Part shown: one piece after another, positions 61,450-64,000 of the stretch
Layout of the letters: every line of letters starts with the position of its first letter
Numbering within the stretch: the first letter of the stretch is position 1
From: Camelus dromedarius
Taxonomy: Eukaryota
Direction: 5' to 3'
Assembly (NCBI RefSeq): GCF_036321535.1
Contig: NC_087446.1
Span: forward strand, 62,930,001-62,994,000
Length of the DNA: 64,000 bases
Notes under the pieces: generated by a model
What the model was told of the DNA's origin: nothing
Seen by the model: only the letters and a program-made list of their open reading frames with translations
Database searches by the model: none
Made by a program: the position numbers and the translations under genes

Positions 61450-62800
61450 TCCAGTGTTTTTATGTGGAAGAGTTCCAAACGTATAGAGAAGTTGAAAGAG
61501 TGATATAGTAAGACTTTTACCTAATATTTATCAAATATTATGTCACATTTGTGCTCTCACACTTTCTTCATCCCCTTCCTCTCTCTCCCTCTCTTCCCTC
61601 CCTTCCTCTGTCACTTTCCACTTCTCTTTCTCCCTTCCTTCCCTATACACACACACACATTATTTTTTATTGTATGTTAGGAATTTTTATTAGGAAATTT
61701 GTATTAGGAAATGACAGACATCAGGAAACTTCACTCAAAATTTCTTAAGCATATATTGGCAAAGAACAAGATATTTTCCTTTATTACTATAATACTGTTA
61801 TCAAACTCATTACCACATTTAAAATATTTTATAGTGATACAATAATTTATAGTATATACTCAGATTTCCTCAGTTATCTCAATAATTGAGATACTGCTTT
61901 AAAGCTTTCCTTCCAACCCTAGATTTATTCAAGGATCTTGAATTACATTTAATTATGTCTTTTTAGCCTTTTAATTCAGAGCAGTTCTCTCCATTTTTGT
62001 TTTTAGTGTCATTGATATTTTTGAAGAGTTCAGGCCAGTTATGTTGAAGAATGGTTTACAATTTTGAATTTGTCATGATTAGATTCAGATGAAACATTTT
62101 TGGCAAGAATACTACTTAGGTGATGTGCGTTTCTCTGTGCACATAATGTCACTTCGTCCCATTATCGGTTAAGTTTGATCACTTAGGTAAGTTGACATAG
62201 GCTACATTTCTTCTTTGTAAAGGTACCTTTTTCCCTTTGTAATTAAGTAACAACCTGTGGGATGATACTTAAGATTCTGCAACTCTTTTCCTCGGTGTTT
62301 TACCCAGTAGTGTTAACATTCATTGATGATCCTTGCCTGAATTAGTTATTATATTGGTGGTTGCAAAATGTTGATTCTGTCATTCCTTCTGCATTTACTA
62401 GTTGGTGTCCTATGAAGAAGAGCTTTATTTCTCCCGTTTTTTTTTGTTTTTGAGGATCACTACAGATTTGGTATTTTTTAAAAATTCAGTATATTACAAT
62501 CCATCATCAATATTAAAAATACTGACAGTATTTAGTATTTTTGACAATATTTAGTATTAAACATACAGCAATTGTCATAAGTTTAGTTAATGGGAGCCCC
62601 TTCAGACTGACTCCTGTGTCTTTTTGACTTGTCCCAGTCAGATTTTTTAGGACTTTTTTTTCCCCCCAGGACTTTCTTACAGTCCGGCACAAGGTAATTT
62701 TGGGCTCACTTCGTGATTGCCCCAAACCTGGAATCAATCATTTCTCCAAGGAACCCTGATTTCTTTAATGGGGAATGGTTCCTTAAAGGGGAACTGCTCT
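61450..62800 (-). mobile_element. Old L1MC/MD-type 3'UTR fragment
   Basis: 'ttgaagagttcaggccagttatgttgaagaatg...gtttgatcacttaggtaag...tttttccctttgtaattaag' antisense L1M motifs. Confidence 0.7.
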
Positions 62801-64000
62801 CAATCTTTATTATCTATCCTTTGCTATCTTTATGGGATCCGTTATTTCCAGTACAAAAAATAGAGTGGATTCCAGATCTAAGACTCTTCTGTGTCTTCAC
62901 AGAAGTACTTCCAGAAGTAATACAGTGTCTAAATTGAATTATTTCTTACAATGAAGTGAGTTATAGGCAGCTTTGATGACTTGCCATGGGAGATGGGGTA
63001 TTGTGCAGAAAGCTGGCATTGTATTGGTTCTTCCCCTAACTTGCAGGTGACGCGTGAAGGTGAAAATAAGCATTCCTATCCTGCTTCCTTTTGTGTGATC
63101 CAGGCTTTTTCTTCCTGCGGTGTAGTCACTTAAGAGTTGTTTCCCTCATTGTTATTTTCTGCTCTCTGAATTAAAATCTCCTTAGATAGGGAAGCTTCTA
63201 AACTAGGTCTTTCATACTTTGTTCTTTGAACCTGCATCTTGTATTCATCTGCATGCCTTTTACACATTGGTCTGTGAATGCAGTCTAGGAAGCTGACATG
63301 AAGTTAGGGTGTTTATTGTATTGAACAGTAATGCTGAAAATTACTATGGTTTTATGGTTCCTTGTGAGGTCTGATGTTTTAGAAAATCCAAAATAGAATT
63401 AGCCTTAGAATTGGGATCTGGTGCACCCCAGTCACTTACAGTTCAACTTGAGAATGTCCTGCTCTGGGACTCTACGTTAAATGAGATGTGTCAGTTCCTT
63501 CTACAAAAACACTTTGCATATTTGGTACTGAAGGTGAAACTCTTTAAATCTATGTATATGTTCCTTTGATGTGGAAACATAAATAAGTGATAAGGAAAGT
63601 GATCTGCAATTAACATGTTTTGTTGCAATATTTAAAATCCTGCCTATTATCCCTGTGGAAGAAATACAGACTGTATTTTTTGAGGGGCAATGTTGGTTGT
63701 TTCTAGATGTTGTAGATAATTTAATTAACACAATTACCTATCAACTGATTATATGGCTTATATATTCTTTTATGTGGATGACTGATCTAAGATAACTTTA
63801 AAAATTAGCTGCCTGGCAACATGAAAGTGCAGATATTAAAATGAATCGCATGCCTTCCAACTATTTCTATTACTTGGCTAAATTTAGAACCATGCAGAGC
63901 TTCTGCAGAACTGAAATCTCTGGGGATTTTAATAGTGAAGACAGACAATATTCGACTTTTCAGAGTAAGGAAGAAGAAAGGTAGCTTCAAATTAATTTTT

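Overview
Mammalian genomic DNA, most likely a camelid (tRNA-derived Vic-1-type SINEs and a recurring young L1 3' end). It is syntenic with human chr12q13.3 in reversed orientation. Gene order: 5' end of MARS1 (-, 4 coding exons, runs off the window start); ARHGAP9 (+, 17 coding exons, 741 aa); GLI1 (-, 11 coding exons, 1104 aa, plus non-coding exons 1 and 1A); INHBE (-, 351 aa); INHBC (-, 351 aa); then a CpG-island promoter and a repeat-rich first intron assigned to R3HDM2 by synteny only. I built all exon chains by hand from GT-AG boundaries. The four complete genes close in frame with no internal stop that I could see, and the partial MARS1 chain is in frame to the window edge. Seven N-runs of 131-272 nt look like length-preserving masks. 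I found no new protein-coding gene and no large unknown system. The best leads are small. (1) A 61-nt piece of the GLI1 3'UTR is copied into a MIR in GLI1 intron 10 with CAG microhomology at both ends. (2) A 144-nt GLI1 exon 1A carries three uORFs chained by ATGA stop/start overlaps, the last overlapping the GLI1 start. (3) C/EBP-ATF (ATF4) elements sit at MARS1 and INHBE. (4) ARHGAP9 and GLI1 poly(A) signals face each other 25 nt apart. (5) The INHBE 5'UTR holds a perfect 18-bp palindrome. Comparisons to human sequences, repeat consensuses and published isoforms are from memory and need alignment to confirm.
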